This document shows positions 27,649 to 37,963 of a DNA stretch of 64,000 nucleotides, piece by piece (position 1 is the stretch's first letter; each line of letters starts with the position of its first letter). Both the position numbers and the translations under genes were made by a program. This stretch comes from Candidatus Cloacimonadales bacterium (GTDB lineage Bacteria > Cloacimonadota > Cloacimonadia > Cloacimonadales > JAFGVF01), in assembly GCA_963677495.2 (NCBI GenBank), contig CAXXOU010000004.1:1280001-1344000 (forward strand), given 5' to 3'. The notes under the pieces are model-generated. The model saw only the letters and a list, made by a program, of their open reading frames with translations. It was not told the origin of the DNA and made no database searches.

Positions 27649-30375
27649 CTACCATAGTCTCCAAGACAACTCAGCTTTTAAACCGAATATGTTCTGTTCA
27701 ACAAATTGCTTCCAATCTCCATTATAATCATCTTCATAAGAATCTCCATACACATTCCTTTGATGAATAAATGCACATAGGACATTAAAGAAGAGCTTGT
27801 GTGTATTGTTATTAACTAGCTTAAACTCAGCTCCAAGATCAGTCTCATAAATAGCAGCACCATTACAAAAGATTGCTCCATTATACCAGTATGGACTAAA
27901 GTTTTTACTAAAAACCGGTTTAAAGTTTGCGTAAACCATATAGTAGATAGACTCTTCTGATATCGGAGCCCATGCAATAACATAATCACTGGGATTTTCA
28001 TTAGCATTATCAATGCTATCAGATAAGGGGTTAGTATCAAGTTTCAAGAAATGGAATCCATTCAGATATGAAGCCAAGGCATTCTTAACAAAGCTTGAGC
28101 TATAATAATCAAGATCCTCATCCTCCTCAACTTCCCAGACTCCGAGAGAGCAACCAAGTTCTACAAATCCATCCTCCCCTTTTCGTTCTCCACCTTCAAG
28201 AATTCCAATATCGACTAAATAGGCAGTCTGCTCATCTTCAACTGAGCCATATCCCAATCTAGCCCGAAAAGCATTTATCCCATACTCGAAGTTCACTAGT
28301 GCTTTCGTACCTTCCTCATTCGTAATACCATCTATGAGATAATAATACTTCTTATCTATCTTATGTTTGAAAGAAAAAGAGATATGAGGATTCTCGTGAG
28401 TATCAAAATTTGTGAGATCACTTGTTTCTTCACTATAGCCAAGAGCAACTGGTCTGGATGCATACATAGCTTTCAGATCAATTACGTCTGATCTCAGTCT
28501 AAACTGGTATCCTATACCACCCCAACGTTCAATATAAGCATATCTGTTTATAGATCTTAATCTTCCATAATGAGCTGAAAGCATAACATCTTTCGTATCA
28601 ACAAACAGTTGCCCCTCTAAACGTTCTGCACCATACATGATTTCATCTTCATACTCTTTTATGGAACTATTTGGAAAATGAGTTTTACTCTTTCGGTAAA
28701 TCTTTGCTCCAATATTAGCATCAGCTTGTAAACCAACTATACCATATTTGAAACGGGAGTGGGCATAAATATCATCGTAGATAATCTGAGTGTTGCCTTC
28801 AACATTCTCTGTATCGAATATTTCTGAATACTCATATTCATCTTCATAGTCTCTTCCTATATGCTGAACACCACCCAAATAGAAGAACCTGGTAGTTAGA
28901 GTATTGTTTAATCGTGCTCTAAAGCCACGTTCTTGGAGTTTAAAGTTTACGGTATGCTTTTTATTCTTTTTAATCGTAATGATTTCACTCTTTTTAGTAT
29001 AACCCTTAGCAGTTGCTTGAACTTTATATTTACCAACTGGTAAATCCTCAAGTTTCTTGCCCGGTACTGCTTTGTAGGTCTTTTTATTCTTCAAATTTGT
29101 AACGACAAGCTTTGCATGTGAAGGCTTAATATTTAGAGATAAATCACCTTCACCTTCAAGCTCTTTAAGTTTACATTCATGAATTTCCATACCATCTTCG
29201 GTCATTGTTCCGGTAACTCTGTAGTCTTCATAATCTTCTCTTGAACATACAATAGTGTAATCTCCAATACAGATATTATCAAAACTAACAAGACCGGTAT
29301 CTTCATGCCTTTTTCCCAAAGCGTCTGTTAAAACAATCTTAGTATTATGACTAGGGAATGCTTTAATATCTACAGTTCCTGATTTAATCTCAGGCTTGTA
29401 TGTCCTATCGATGGTTTTTAGGTCGTTTGTTACTTCAAATCCATCCATAATATCTTCACCTACTGGATTCATGATTCTAAGACTATATGTACCGGGTTTT
29501 AATTCAATTCCAAGTCCGCTCGAATAACTTCTCCCATCAATGTACAGTTTACAATAATCAGGAATATCAATATTTACTTTTGCTACATCTTTAACAAGTG
29601 TGAAATGTAACTGCTGTTTATCTTCGATGTTGATTATGCGTGTCTGCTCCTTATAATTGACTTTTTCAACTACAACTTCATGTCTACCGGAATGAAGTAG
29701 ATCAGCACAAGGAGTTTGCCCTATAAGCTTACCATCAACTCTTACAGTTGCTTTTTCAGGTGATGACGAAAACTCTACTTTATACTTTTTAGCATGTTTT
29801 AGACGAAATTCTAAAGATGTATCTTTTTGAATATCAATCTCAGCTACATCAGATACGAATCCTACTTTACTTATTTCAAAAGTATGTTTCCCTTTCACTA
29901 GTTTAACAAAATCTTGCTCAACAATCACTCCATCAATCAAGACTTTAGACCCAACAGGTTTAACGTCTAAGATAACTGTAAGAAGATCCTCTTGTTTAAT
30001 AGCTTCACCGTGTGATTTAAGCTTTAAAGTGTATGCTTTTTTCCCTTCCAGGTTGAATGGAAACGGGTAGCTCATAGGCATATAGTTTTCTGCTGTTATC
30101 TTAATTTCCTGCTCCCTAAAAGAGATGTAAAAATAGAAAACACCGGGAGATTTCTTAACTTTCTTAGCTACCTCTACATTTACAAAATGGATTTCTGATG
30201 TAACATCTGTTTCGACTTTAATGATTGCACAATCATCACCATTTGAATCAAAGACTGACTCAACTGTTGCAGTAAAATCCAAATTATCTTGCTTGAAATC
30301 TTCAACGATGAATTCAAGTGCTATCAATGACATTACATTAATAATGAGAAATATAAACACATAATATTTCTTCAT
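27649..30375 (-). CDS. Secreted multi-PEGA-domain protein with possible C-terminal beta-barrel region
   Basis: Signal peptide from MKKYY at 30375. PEGA repeats (SSPEKATVRVDGKLIGQTP, GRHEVVVEKVNY). Aromatic-rich C-terminus. Confidence 0.75.
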   Translation of the reverse strand: MKKYYVFIFLIINVMSLIALEFIVEDFKQDNLDFTATVESVFDSNGDDCAIIKVETDVTSEIHFVNVEVAKKVKKSPGVFYFYISFREQEIKITAENYMPMSYPFPFNLEGKKAYTLKLKSHGEAIKQEDLLTVILDVKPVGSKVLIDGVIVEQDFVKLVKGKHTFEISKVGFVSDVAEIDIQKDTSLEFRLKHAKKYKVEFSSSPEKATVRVDGKLIGQTPCADLLHSGRHEVVVEKVNYKEQTRIINIEDKQQLHFTLVKDVAKVNIDIPDYCKLYIDGRSYSSGLGIELKPGTYSLRIMNPVGEDIMDGFEVTNDLKTIDRTYKPEIKSGTVDIKAFPSHNTKIVLTDALGKRHEDTGLVSFDNICIGDYTIVCSREDYEDYRVTGTMTEDGMEIHECKLKELEGEGDLSLNIKPSHAKLVVTNLKNKKTYKAVPGKKLEDLPVGKYKVQATAKGYTKKSEIITIKKNKKHTVNFKLQERGFRARLNNTLTTRFFYLGGVQHIGRDYEDEYEYSEIFDTENVEGNTQIIYDDIYAHSRFKYGIVGLQADANIGAKIYRKSKTHFPNSSIKEYEDEIMYGAERLEGQLFVDTKDVMLSAHYGRLRSINRYAYIERWGGIGYQFRLRSDVIDLKAMYASRPVALGYSEETSDLTNFDTHENPHISFSFKHKIDKKYYYLIDGITNEEGTKALVNFEYGINAFRARLGYGSVEDEQTAYLVDIGILEGGERKGEDGFVELGCSLGVWEVEEDEDLDYYSSSFVKNALASYLNGFHFLKLDTNPLSDSIDNANENPSDYVIAWAPISEESIYYMVYANFKPVFSKNFSPYWYNGAIFCNGAAIYETDLGAEFKLVNNNTHKLFFNVLCAFIHQRNVYGDSYEDDYNGDWKQFVEQNIFGLKAELSWRLW

Positions 30376-30402
30376 ACTTACCCCCTGCAATTATTTATTA
30401 AT

Positions 30403-32229
30403 CTAAAACTTTATGTCCCCCGGTACTATACCTCTAAGGGCTTCCTCTCCTATATGCTCCTGTTGCCAATATCTAAAGAAGATTTTGGGTTCTCCTTCTT
30501 GAGTAAAATCAATATAAAGCATTAGGTACCCTTCGTCTGAATAGTTTGTTGAATAATACAACTGATGTAATTGAATAGCATAAATTGGACGTCTAGAAGA
30601 ACGTCTGATTATCTCATGGTCAGTGAACTGAATATTTACACAGTCATTTTCTTTAAACACTTTGTCTTTTAATCGTGTTATGTAATCAGATTTGGATACT
30701 CTTTTCACTACTGTTTTACTACCAATTTGCAAATCAATTGCATCTTTAAGGTTTTCTGAAACTTCCTCTGTATCACTTACGTACCCGATGAATATAGCTG
30801 CACTATCGGCAAAGATTTGTTCTATTTTAACATCATCTTTCATTGCGAAGATTGTCTTATAATACTCTAAGAAGCTAATACATTGTAACCTTTCTTTCGC
30901 ATCCTTAGCTCTTTCAGCTTGTTTAAATGCAGCATCAAGATAAGAATCATCAAGAGCAAAGTTAACCCAAGTTACTTTACCATCTTCGTACGTAAATGAA
31001 AGCTTATCAATTAAAGTTTTCTTCCTTCTGTCATTAAGAGTAACAATAATGGGAACTGCCCTTATCTGAACTCGGTGCCCTAAGTTGTAGTAGTTTATTT
31101 GAAAATCTTTTTCTAAAACTCCAACTTCTCCATAGTTCATCATTTTTAGAAACTGATTGAATCCAATGTCTGAGAAATGATGTTGAACTGAGTGATAGTT
31201 CTTATTTTTAATAGAAGTAATAATCTCCGATACAATACTATTCAGTTTTCGTTTACTAACAGTATTGTCTGAAAAATTAACAAGCTTAGAAGAGATACTC
31301 TGTTGCTTATCGTCTTTAGGTGTAGTTTCTTTTCGCAGATACTTCAAGTTAGAAAACTTACCACCATTGATGATTTTAATAAGTTCCTTAATCTCCTCAT
31401 CGAAACCATCGGTTTCTACAAGATCTAAATACTTATAATCAATAGTAATCCTAAATCTATCTGTAGCAGCATAATATGACTTAGGGATATTAACAATCCC
31501 CTCGCCATCAAGTATATTCCCCCTAATCTGATCATCACCATTAAAATATGTGTAGCTTAAATCATTGATTACTGTATCATCAAAATATGCTTCAAAATAT
31601 AGAGATTGCGCATTAGAGAGTTCTTGTTTTTTTACTAGCTCAAATGAGATTCCGGTCAGAATCAGCTCAATTTTCTTTTGAAGATATAGCTTTAGACTAA
31701 CTTCACTTCCCTCATCATCAGTGATTTTGAAACTATCATACATGGGAATGCTTTTCAATAGTATTAAACCCCAATAGAAATCTCTGATTGCCCAACCTAC
31801 GTTCATCTCCTCTAAATGAGAGTTTCCTCTTTTGGCGTAGTCATAAACTTTCTTTTTCCTTATCTCAAATATCTTCTCTTTTTCTGTTTTCAAGAGATAT
31901 TTATAGATGATATATCCATCATCTGTCTCAATGACTTTCTTCTCTGTATTATCTAAATATGCAGTAGAAAATGTTTTTACAATTGACCTGGAATACTCAT
32001 TTAGATTGCCATTACTCTCTTTTACATCATCAACAAAACTAGAGCTAATCATTACTGAAATTTGCTCAGATAAATTTGCTAGAGCCTCAATTTCTGCTTC
32101 CCTAAAATTAACGTTCTCCCCTCTTCCATAAATATATAAATCAGTATTCTTAATCTGCTCCTCTGTTATAGAACTTAACGAAAAATTAACAAAAATCATA
32201 AAGACACAAAGAACTAACTTGAAATTCAA
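30403..32229 (-). CDS. Exported LPP20-like domain protein with NTF2-like C-terminus
   Basis: YIYGRGE..EAEIEALANLSEQISV pattern; C-terminal YSDEGYLMLYIDF..PKIFFRYWQ. TTG start with AGGAGG RBS. Confidence 0.6.
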   Translation of the reverse strand: MNFKLVLCVFMIFVNFSLSSITEEQIKNTDLYIYGRGENVNFREAEIEALANLSEQISVMISSSFVDDVKESNGNLNEYSRSIVKTFSTAYLDNTEKKVIETDDGYIIYKYLLKTEKEKIFEIRKKKVYDYAKRGNSHLEEMNVGWAIRDFYWGLILLKSIPMYDSFKITDDEGSEVSLKLYLQKKIELILTGISFELVKKQELSNAQSLYFEAYFDDTVINDLSYTYFNGDDQIRGNILDGEGIVNIPKSYYAATDRFRITIDYKYLDLVETDGFDEEIKELIKIINGGKFSNLKYLRKETTPKDDKQQSISSKLVNFSDNTVSKRKLNSIVSEIITSIKNKNYHSVQHHFSDIGFNQFLKMMNYGEVGVLEKDFQINYYNLGHRVQIRAVPIIVTLNDRRKKTLIDKLSFTYEDGKVTWVNFALDDSYLDAAFKQAERAKDAKERLQCISFLEYYKTIFAMKDDVKIEQIFADSAAIFIGYVSDTEEVSENLKDAIDLQIGSKTVVKRVSKSDYITRLKDKVFKENDCVNIQFTDHEIIRRSSRRPIYAIQLHQLYYSTNYSDEGYLMLYIDFTQEGEPKIFFRYWQQEHIGEEALRGIVPGDIKF

Positions 32230-32247
32230 AAACCCTCCTAAATTAAA

Positions 32248-32961
32248 CTATTGAGTACTCAAAACGTACAATATTCCTACAATGCTAGCAGTTAAGAGTA
32301 TCCTTCCTCCCCAAGGCATTGTTTTATAATCATGTGTAATTGTTCGTTCAACAAGTTCAGTAACTGTTTTATATGTTGTCCCTGTCACAACCTCTTCTTC
32401 GTAATATACAGGGATTTCTTGTTGAAGAAAAAAGAACCTTAAATCATTTAGAAATGAGGAGTCATATGAATTTCTAAACTTAATTGAAGCAGCTGATTCG
32501 TTATGCAATAAGTCTACAATATTGAGAGTGAAACGATCGCCTAGTGGTCCAATATCTGAGATATACATTACGTAATCCATTTGGTTCTTTTTCAAGACTT
32601 TCAGATCATTTTCAATAGTAACATCGATGGAATTTAGATTTAACAATTGTTTGAGAGTATTGGAATCATAAATCACAAACTTGTCATTCAAGTCAGGTAC
32701 AGTTGTCAGATGATCAAATATCTGACTGACTATTGCATCAGTATTAGTACTAAATTCTTTAGTCTTAACTAAAGCAATTTCCACTGTTCCAGGTTTTTGA
32801 CCGAAAAGATTCTGCTGTTCATACTTGACCTTTGTGACAGTTTCAACAATAGGAACTTCTACTTGTTTCTCCACAGGTACTTTCGAGATATATTCTTTGG
32901 ATACTGTCACACAACCGGTGACAAAAAACAGTATACATAGTAAGAAAGCACTTACTCTCAT
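32248..32961 (-). CDS. Hypothetical lipoprotein with C-terminal hydrophobic helix
   Basis: Lipobox FVTG-C. ATGA overlap with the upstream gene. Confidence 0.65.
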   Translation of the reverse strand: MRVSAFLLCILFFVTGCVTVSKEYISKVPVEKQVEVPIVETVTKVKYEQQNLFGQKPGTVEIALVKTKEFSTNTDAIVSQIFDHLTTVPDLNDKFVIYDSNTLKQLLNLNSIDVTIENDLKVLKKNQMDYVMYISDIGPLGDRFTLNIVDLLHNESAASIKFRNSYDSSFLNDLRFFFLQQEIPVYYEEEVVTGTTYKTVTELVERTITHDYKTMPWGGRILLTASIVGILYVLSTQ

Positions 32962-34427
32962 CGGACATTCTCTCCCTTACCAACAACTAAATTTACACTA
33001 TCATTTTCGTAAACAAAGGTTCCTGCAGGTGGATATGTTTTCAAAATTCTATCTGTCTTATCCTGACTTGTCCAAATGTATGAGACATTTCCAACTCTTA
33101 ACTTACGCCTAGTGAAATCTGTTTTTACAGACTTATAGAAATTGTTTTCATAATCAGGCATAGTGAAGCCTTTCTGAGTAAAGGTCAGAATAATTGATTT
33201 ATTCTCTTTATTGTAGATATAATCAAGTAATTTATGATGATCATTTCTACCCTTTCGCTCATAATTAATCTTCTTAATATAGATTCCATAACCTTTTAGT
33301 TTGTGGGTTACTGTGTCTATATCACTATCAATAAGCTTATCAAGTGTCTTCGTATTAACATACGACTTTTTTTGTTGCTGAATCACTTTAGTAGTATTTG
33401 GAGTTACAGAATCTTTGCTTAATGATTCTGTTGCAACCTTATCTTTTAAGCGATACTCTATTTTTTGTTCCGTTTTGGGATCGCTTAAACGTATTACTAC
33501 ATAGGAAATTCCACCAATAACTATCAATACAATCAAAATATCAAGAACGATTTTAATAACTAGTTTACTTTTAAAATCTTCTGAAGCAAACTGTTCTTCT
33601 CTAGGGTCAAATTCATTATGATAGAGGAATCCTTGATTGATATCATCAATTATGGAAAGTTGCTCCTCAAAGCTTTTAACTCGCTTTTCCGGGTCTACAG
33701 ATAAGTTTTTTTGTATCGCATTTCTTATTGATGAATTCATGCTTACATTGTAATAGTTAGGTCGAATATAGGTACCATTATTTATCTCGTTTAAAATGAC
33801 ATCTTTATCAACTGATGAAAATGGAATTCGTCCATCCGTGAAGATTTGATAGAGCATCATAGAATACTTATATAGCAAAGATTGCTCGGTCGCTACGCGC
33901 CCCTTCAACTCCTCAGGTGATCTATAAATCAAGAAATCATTAACTCCAAAAATCTCCTCAGGCTCAGTGAATATATGGCATATCACATCATTGATTGTAC
34001 AATATTGAAGCTTATGTGTCACAGTATTTACAAATAACAACTTATAGTGTGTATAATTGAAATTAAACTCTTCACCATTATGACATAAAACTTCCGTCAT
34101 TTCAAACAATGAAGGTATTAATCTGTTTCCAGAAATTAGTGATTCTTTCCTAGCTACTTCAAATAATGGAATCAAATCCTCAGCATCAATCACAAAGAAA
34201 GCTGTATTGTTTTCATTTCTATGATCAAGTAAGCTCATTCCACCCAATAAAGCTTGTACTCTATTATATCGTTTAACTAAATTAGTTATATTATGTCCAA
34301 TCTTATGATGAGTTATTTTTACGCCTAATTTCTGTTCACCCTTCTTCGATATAAAATAGTACTCAGCATTTTCAAACTTAAGGAATGAATCCTCAAAACC
34401 ATACTTTTGCATTAATGTATTTATCAT
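32958..34427 (-). CDS. Degenerate Hanks-type Ser/Thr kinase-like domain + TM + PASTA domain(s)
   Basis: YRSPEE, LYQIFTDGRIPF, LSVDPEKR; TM LVIKIVLDILIVLIVIGGISYVVI; PASTA-like MPDYEN...ILKTYPPAGT..VNLVV. Confidence 0.7.
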   Translation of the reverse strand: MINTLMQKYGFEDSFLKFENAEYYFISKKGEQKLGVKITHHKIGHNITNLVKRYNRVQALLGGMSLLDHRNENNTAFFVIDAEDLIPLFEVARKESLISGNRLIPSLFEMTEVLCHNGEEFNFNYTHYKLLFVNTVTHKLQYCTINDVICHIFTEPEEIFGVNDFLIYRSPEELKGRVATEQSLLYKYSMMLYQIFTDGRIPFSSVDKDVILNEINNGTYIRPNYYNVSMNSSIRNAIQKNLSVDPEKRVKSFEEQLSIIDDINQGFLYHNEFDPREEQFASEDFKSKLVIKIVLDILIVLIVIGGISYVVIRLSDPKTEQKIEYRLKDKVATESLSKDSVTPNTTKVIQQQKKSYVNTKTLDKLIDSDIDTVTHKLKGYGIYIKKINYERKGRNDHHKLLDYIYNKENKSIILTFTQKGFTMPDYENNFYKSVKTDFTRRKLRVGNVSYIWTSQDKTDRILKTYPPAGTFVYENDSVNLVVGKGENVR

Positions 34428-34493
34428 AATAATTCCCTGAAATACTCCTTTAGAACATATTACTTACATAAACGATATTCGTAAAGAAATATG

Positions 34494-35603
34494 TTATTTC
34501 CATTTATAATTTCCAAATGTCCCTTTCAAACCAAACCACAAAAAGTGGATGACATAATAGATACCGAGAATCGGGTAAGTTTTTATTAAACCCGTCCTAC
34601 CAATCAGTTTTAAATAATTGGTAATGAACAATAACTCACCAATACTTTTTATTATTATAATCCTAAACCATACATCAAAATCCATAACTCCTAGTGCAAA
34701 AAGAATCGTATCAATCAACAGTAATATAAAAAATAAGAATACTAACCCACTTGTGACCTGTAAATAACGAGGATGATATCTAAGCTTAGAATATCTACGT
34801 GTCTCTAGATTAACTTGATCATTTATTGCAGATCTATCTTTGGAAGGAACTATTCCCTCTTCCCCAAGTAAATACGAGTAGTTCCTGATATAGGGAGCTA
34901 ATTTAAACATCATTAAATCATCATCACCTGAACGGATCGTACCTATTCCACTGTATCCATTTACCTTTTCAAACAAACTCTTCCTGTAAGCCATATTGCG
35001 TCCGGTTACTGTTAATGGTAGGTTCAATCCAAAACTTCCTGCTGAAATTCCAAAAAAGAAAGCTCGCTCTAGATTCTTAATGTTTTGATTGAACTTGTTA
35101 TCAAGAATCAATGGTGAATATCCACCTACAAAATCTACATCTCCAGTAAATGCTTTATTCATTTCACTAAGCCATTCGCTATCAGGAGTACAATCAGCAT
35201 CAGTAAATACTAGAATATCATGCTTAGAAATCGCAATTGCTTCTGTTAATGCATTCTTCTTGCCTATAAGATTTGGTTTCTGAGACTCAACTGTCACATA
35301 TCTAACTAGTTCAGGATATTTGATAGAATACTCTTCCAAAATAGTAGCAGTGGTATCAGTCGATCTATCATTTGCAATAACAACTTCATAGCTTTCATTT
35401 GAGTAGTTTTGAGAGATTAATGCTTGTAGTAAAGATTCAATATTATCTTCTTCATTCCTAGCAGCTATTATCACGGATAACTTCTGTGGCTCTCCACTAT
35501 ACCTTTTCTTAGTTACTATCTTTACTAAGCCATACAATAGTACTAGATAAAACACGGCATAACTTATTGATAAAACATATGATATTACAGTCAAGGTTAT
35601 CAT
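34494..35603 (-). CDS. Membrane glycosyltransferase, family 2
   Basis: SVIIAARNEE, NDRSTD, GKKNAL, FTDADC, SGDDD, TM helices. Confidence 0.9.
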   Translation of the reverse strand: MITLTVISYVLSISYAVFYLVLLYGLVKIVTKKRYSGEPQKLSVIIAARNEEDNIESLLQALISQNYSNESYEVVIANDRSTDTTATILEEYSIKYPELVRYVTVESQKPNLIGKKNALTEAIAISKHDILVFTDADCTPDSEWLSEMNKAFTGDVDFVGGYSPLILDNKFNQNIKNLERAFFFGISAGSFGLNLPLTVTGRNMAYRKSLFEKVNGYSGIGTIRSGDDDLMMFKLAPYIRNYSYLLGEEGIVPSKDRSAINDQVNLETRRYSKLRYHPRYLQVTSGLVFLFFILLLIDTILFALGVMDFDVWFRIIIIKSIGELLFITNYLKLIGRTGLIKTYPILGIYYVIHFLWFGLKGTFGNYKWK

Positions 35604-37219
35604 AATTGTTTAACCACCGAGTTTGTCTTTTTTACAAAACCTGCCAACTTAGGAGATTTGGTTTCTAGAGATCCCATATCAAACTTCTGAGATTCACTTT
35701 TCTTCTCTACTACTTGTATATTTACTGTTTTCAAATCTGAGTTAAACCTGTTATTGATTATTAAAAGTAGTTCCTTCTCAAAACCTTTTATTCGGTCACC
35801 TATCATTTTATTGTCAGTATAAAGCTCTAAGGCAGTAACACTTAAAGACACTATTCTTACATCTTGAAGATAATTTCCGGTAAAAGCACTCTTCTTTTTT
35901 GCTACTTCGACAACATCTCCCCAGTGCATTTTTAGCTCTTCAGTACTAAGCACTTTATCTACTTGAGGAGCAACTTCTTCAACATCATTGTGATTCGTGG
36001 TCATCTCCTGAATAACAGGAGCAGGGGATTCCTCCTTACTAAATGATGGATACTCAGGTATATTATGATTGCTTACCTGAGTAGTTTCCTGAAAAGGGGA
36101 GTTATTCATCCTTTCAACTAAATCTGAGACTCCAATCATCTCCTCTGCTTTACTGAGTTTCAATAACGCAATTTCCGTAAGCATTACAGAATTGGAACCC
36201 GATTTAATATCTTCTTTTAGCTTCATAAGCATTGAGATATAGTAGAGTAGTGTATTTTCTTCAAAAGCTGTTGCTACCTTCTGGAACATCGAGAGCATAG
36301 ACTCAGGAACATCAGTAAGTTTTACCCCAATCTTCATCAATAGAAGCTTGCGGATAAACTCCATAAGTCCATTCAAGAACTCTTGCAGATCTTTTCCCGC
36401 TTCAACCACACCATGAAAGTTGACTAAAAGCTCTTTATAAGCACCTGTCTTAATGTTTCTCATTATCTCAATGAATAGGTCATAAGGTAATATACCAAAA
36501 ATGTCCTGCACTTTTTCATAAGTAATATCATCATTACAATATGATATTACCTGATCGAAGAGTGACAATGCGTCTCTCATTCCCCCATCAGCTTTTTGTG
36601 CCACTATATAGAGTGATTCCTCATCTGTCTTAATCTGCTCTTTTTCTGCAATATCTTTAAGTCTTTGCACAATAGCATCAACAGGAATACTCTTGAAATC
36701 GAAGCGTTGACACCTTGAAATAATCGTAGGCAACACTTTATGGGGTTCTGTAGTGGCAAAGATAAATATTACTTTATCAGGTGGTTCTTCAAGTGTTTTT
36801 AGAAGTGCATTAAAGGCACTTTTGGAGAGCATGTGAACTTCATCAATAATATATATCTTATAGTCAGATGTTGCCGACATGTAAATAAGATCTTTCTGAA
36901 GATCTCTAACATCATCAACACTAGTATTTGATGCACCATCAATTTCAACCACATCCTGTGAAGTTCCGTTTGTAATCTGGACACAGTTAGAACACTTGTT
37001 ACAAGGATGAGCAGATGTACCCACTTCGCAATTGAGACTTTTCGCCAGAATCCTGGCCATTGATGTTTTTCCAACACCACGTGGTCCTGCAAAAAGGTAT
37101 GCCTGAGCGACTCTATTCATCTCAATGGCATTAATTAATATTCGTGTTATATGATCCTGGGCATATACTTCTTCAAATGTTTGAGGTCGGTACTTTCTAG
37201 CTAAAACTGTATAAGACAT
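35600..37219 (-). CDS. dnaX: DNA polymerase III subunit gamma/tau
   Basis: LARKYRP, GPRGVGKTS, Zn cysteines, IDEVHML, SRCQRF, GGMRDALS. Confidence 0.97.
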   Translation of the reverse strand: MSYTVLARKYRPQTFEEVYAQDHITRILINAIEMNRVAQAYLFAGPRGVGKTSMARILAKSLNCEVGTSAHPCNKCSNCVQITNGTSQDVVEIDGASNTSVDDVRDLQKDLIYMSATSDYKIYIIDEVHMLSKSAFNALLKTLEEPPDKVIFIFATTEPHKVLPTIISRCQRFDFKSIPVDAIVQRLKDIAEKEQIKTDEESLYIVAQKADGGMRDALSLFDQVISYCNDDITYEKVQDIFGILPYDLFIEIMRNIKTGAYKELLVNFHGVVEAGKDLQEFLNGLMEFIRKLLLMKIGVKLTDVPESMLSMFQKVATAFEENTLLYYISMLMKLKEDIKSGSNSVMLTEIALLKLSKAEEMIGVSDLVERMNNSPFQETTQVSNHNIPEYPSFSKEESPAPVIQEMTTNHNDVEEVAPQVDKVLSTEELKMHWGDVVEVAKKKSAFTGNYLQDVRIVSLSVTALELYTDNKMIGDRIKGFEKELLLIINNRFNSDLKTVNIQVVEKKSESQKFDMGSLETKSPKLAGFVKKTNSVVKQL

Positions 37220-37395
37220 CTACTCTCCACACACTTTTTTCGATTATTCAGTATAGGATGAGATTAGTCTATTCTTGTCAAGTGACATTTCCATTCTCAT
37301 TTTTACTACTTCAGATATTAGACCCAGTCTGTTTCAAAGTGCAAAAAAGTCCGAACAAAAAATCTATAATTAAGCTTTTATTTCACCCTCTGTTC

Positions 37396-37491
37396 CCTGC
37401 AGTAATTCTTAGCAAATCCTTGGTCAACACTTGGCAAACCCTTGGCCAATTCTTGGCCTAATTACTAAGAAATTGCTAAGTTAATACCAAG
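37396..37491. repeat. 11-bp-phased CTTGG/CCAAG palindromic array
   Basis: CTTRG at 37408, 37419, 37430, 37441, 37452; CYAAG at 37465, 37476, 37487. Homologous to the reverse complement of 54874-54957. Confidence 0.85.
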
Positions 37492-37707
37492 ATATCGCTA
37501 TCCCATTACAAAGAATTACTGCTGAGACTAGAATGAGAATTTCAGCTAATAGCTTACATTATAACTTTGTACTCTACGGTTAAGATCAGCCAAGAACTGA
37601 AGGGAAAACAGTAAGTTGTTTCTTAATTATTTTAAGCGTATTTCGTTAAATCAATATCTACTTTAGTGCTTGACAAAACAAAACGTTCTAAGTCACTTAA
37701 ATGTAGT

Positions 37708-37784
37708 CGGGATGTAGCGCAGTTTGGTAGCGCGTTCGGTTCGGGACCGAGAGGCCGCTGGTTCAAATCCAGTCATCCCGACCA
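37708..37784 (+). tRNA. tRNA-Pro (anticodon CGG)
   Basis: Acceptor stem CGGGATG/CATCCCG, anticodon loop TTCGGGA, GGTTCAAATCC T-arm, encoded CCA. TTGACA at 37670. Confidence 0.97.
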
Positions 37785-37963
37785 AACTTAAAATAAATCA
37801 GCCATAAATAATATTAATAATCTCCGTATCCCCAATATATTATGTTGCGTGAACAATGAGTAAAAAGTTATGTAGCTATATCATTCCTTTTGCTATGTTA
37901 GTTTTTGATTGACAAGCAGACAGATAAAAGATTTCTTCTCAAAAAAATCCTTGGGAGGTATAT

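Noticed and set aside
37760..37784. tRNA-Pro as integration site of an island
   Set aside because: No integrase is present, and the only repeat of the 3' end that I noticed is 9 bp (AGTCATCCC at 24857), compatible with chance.
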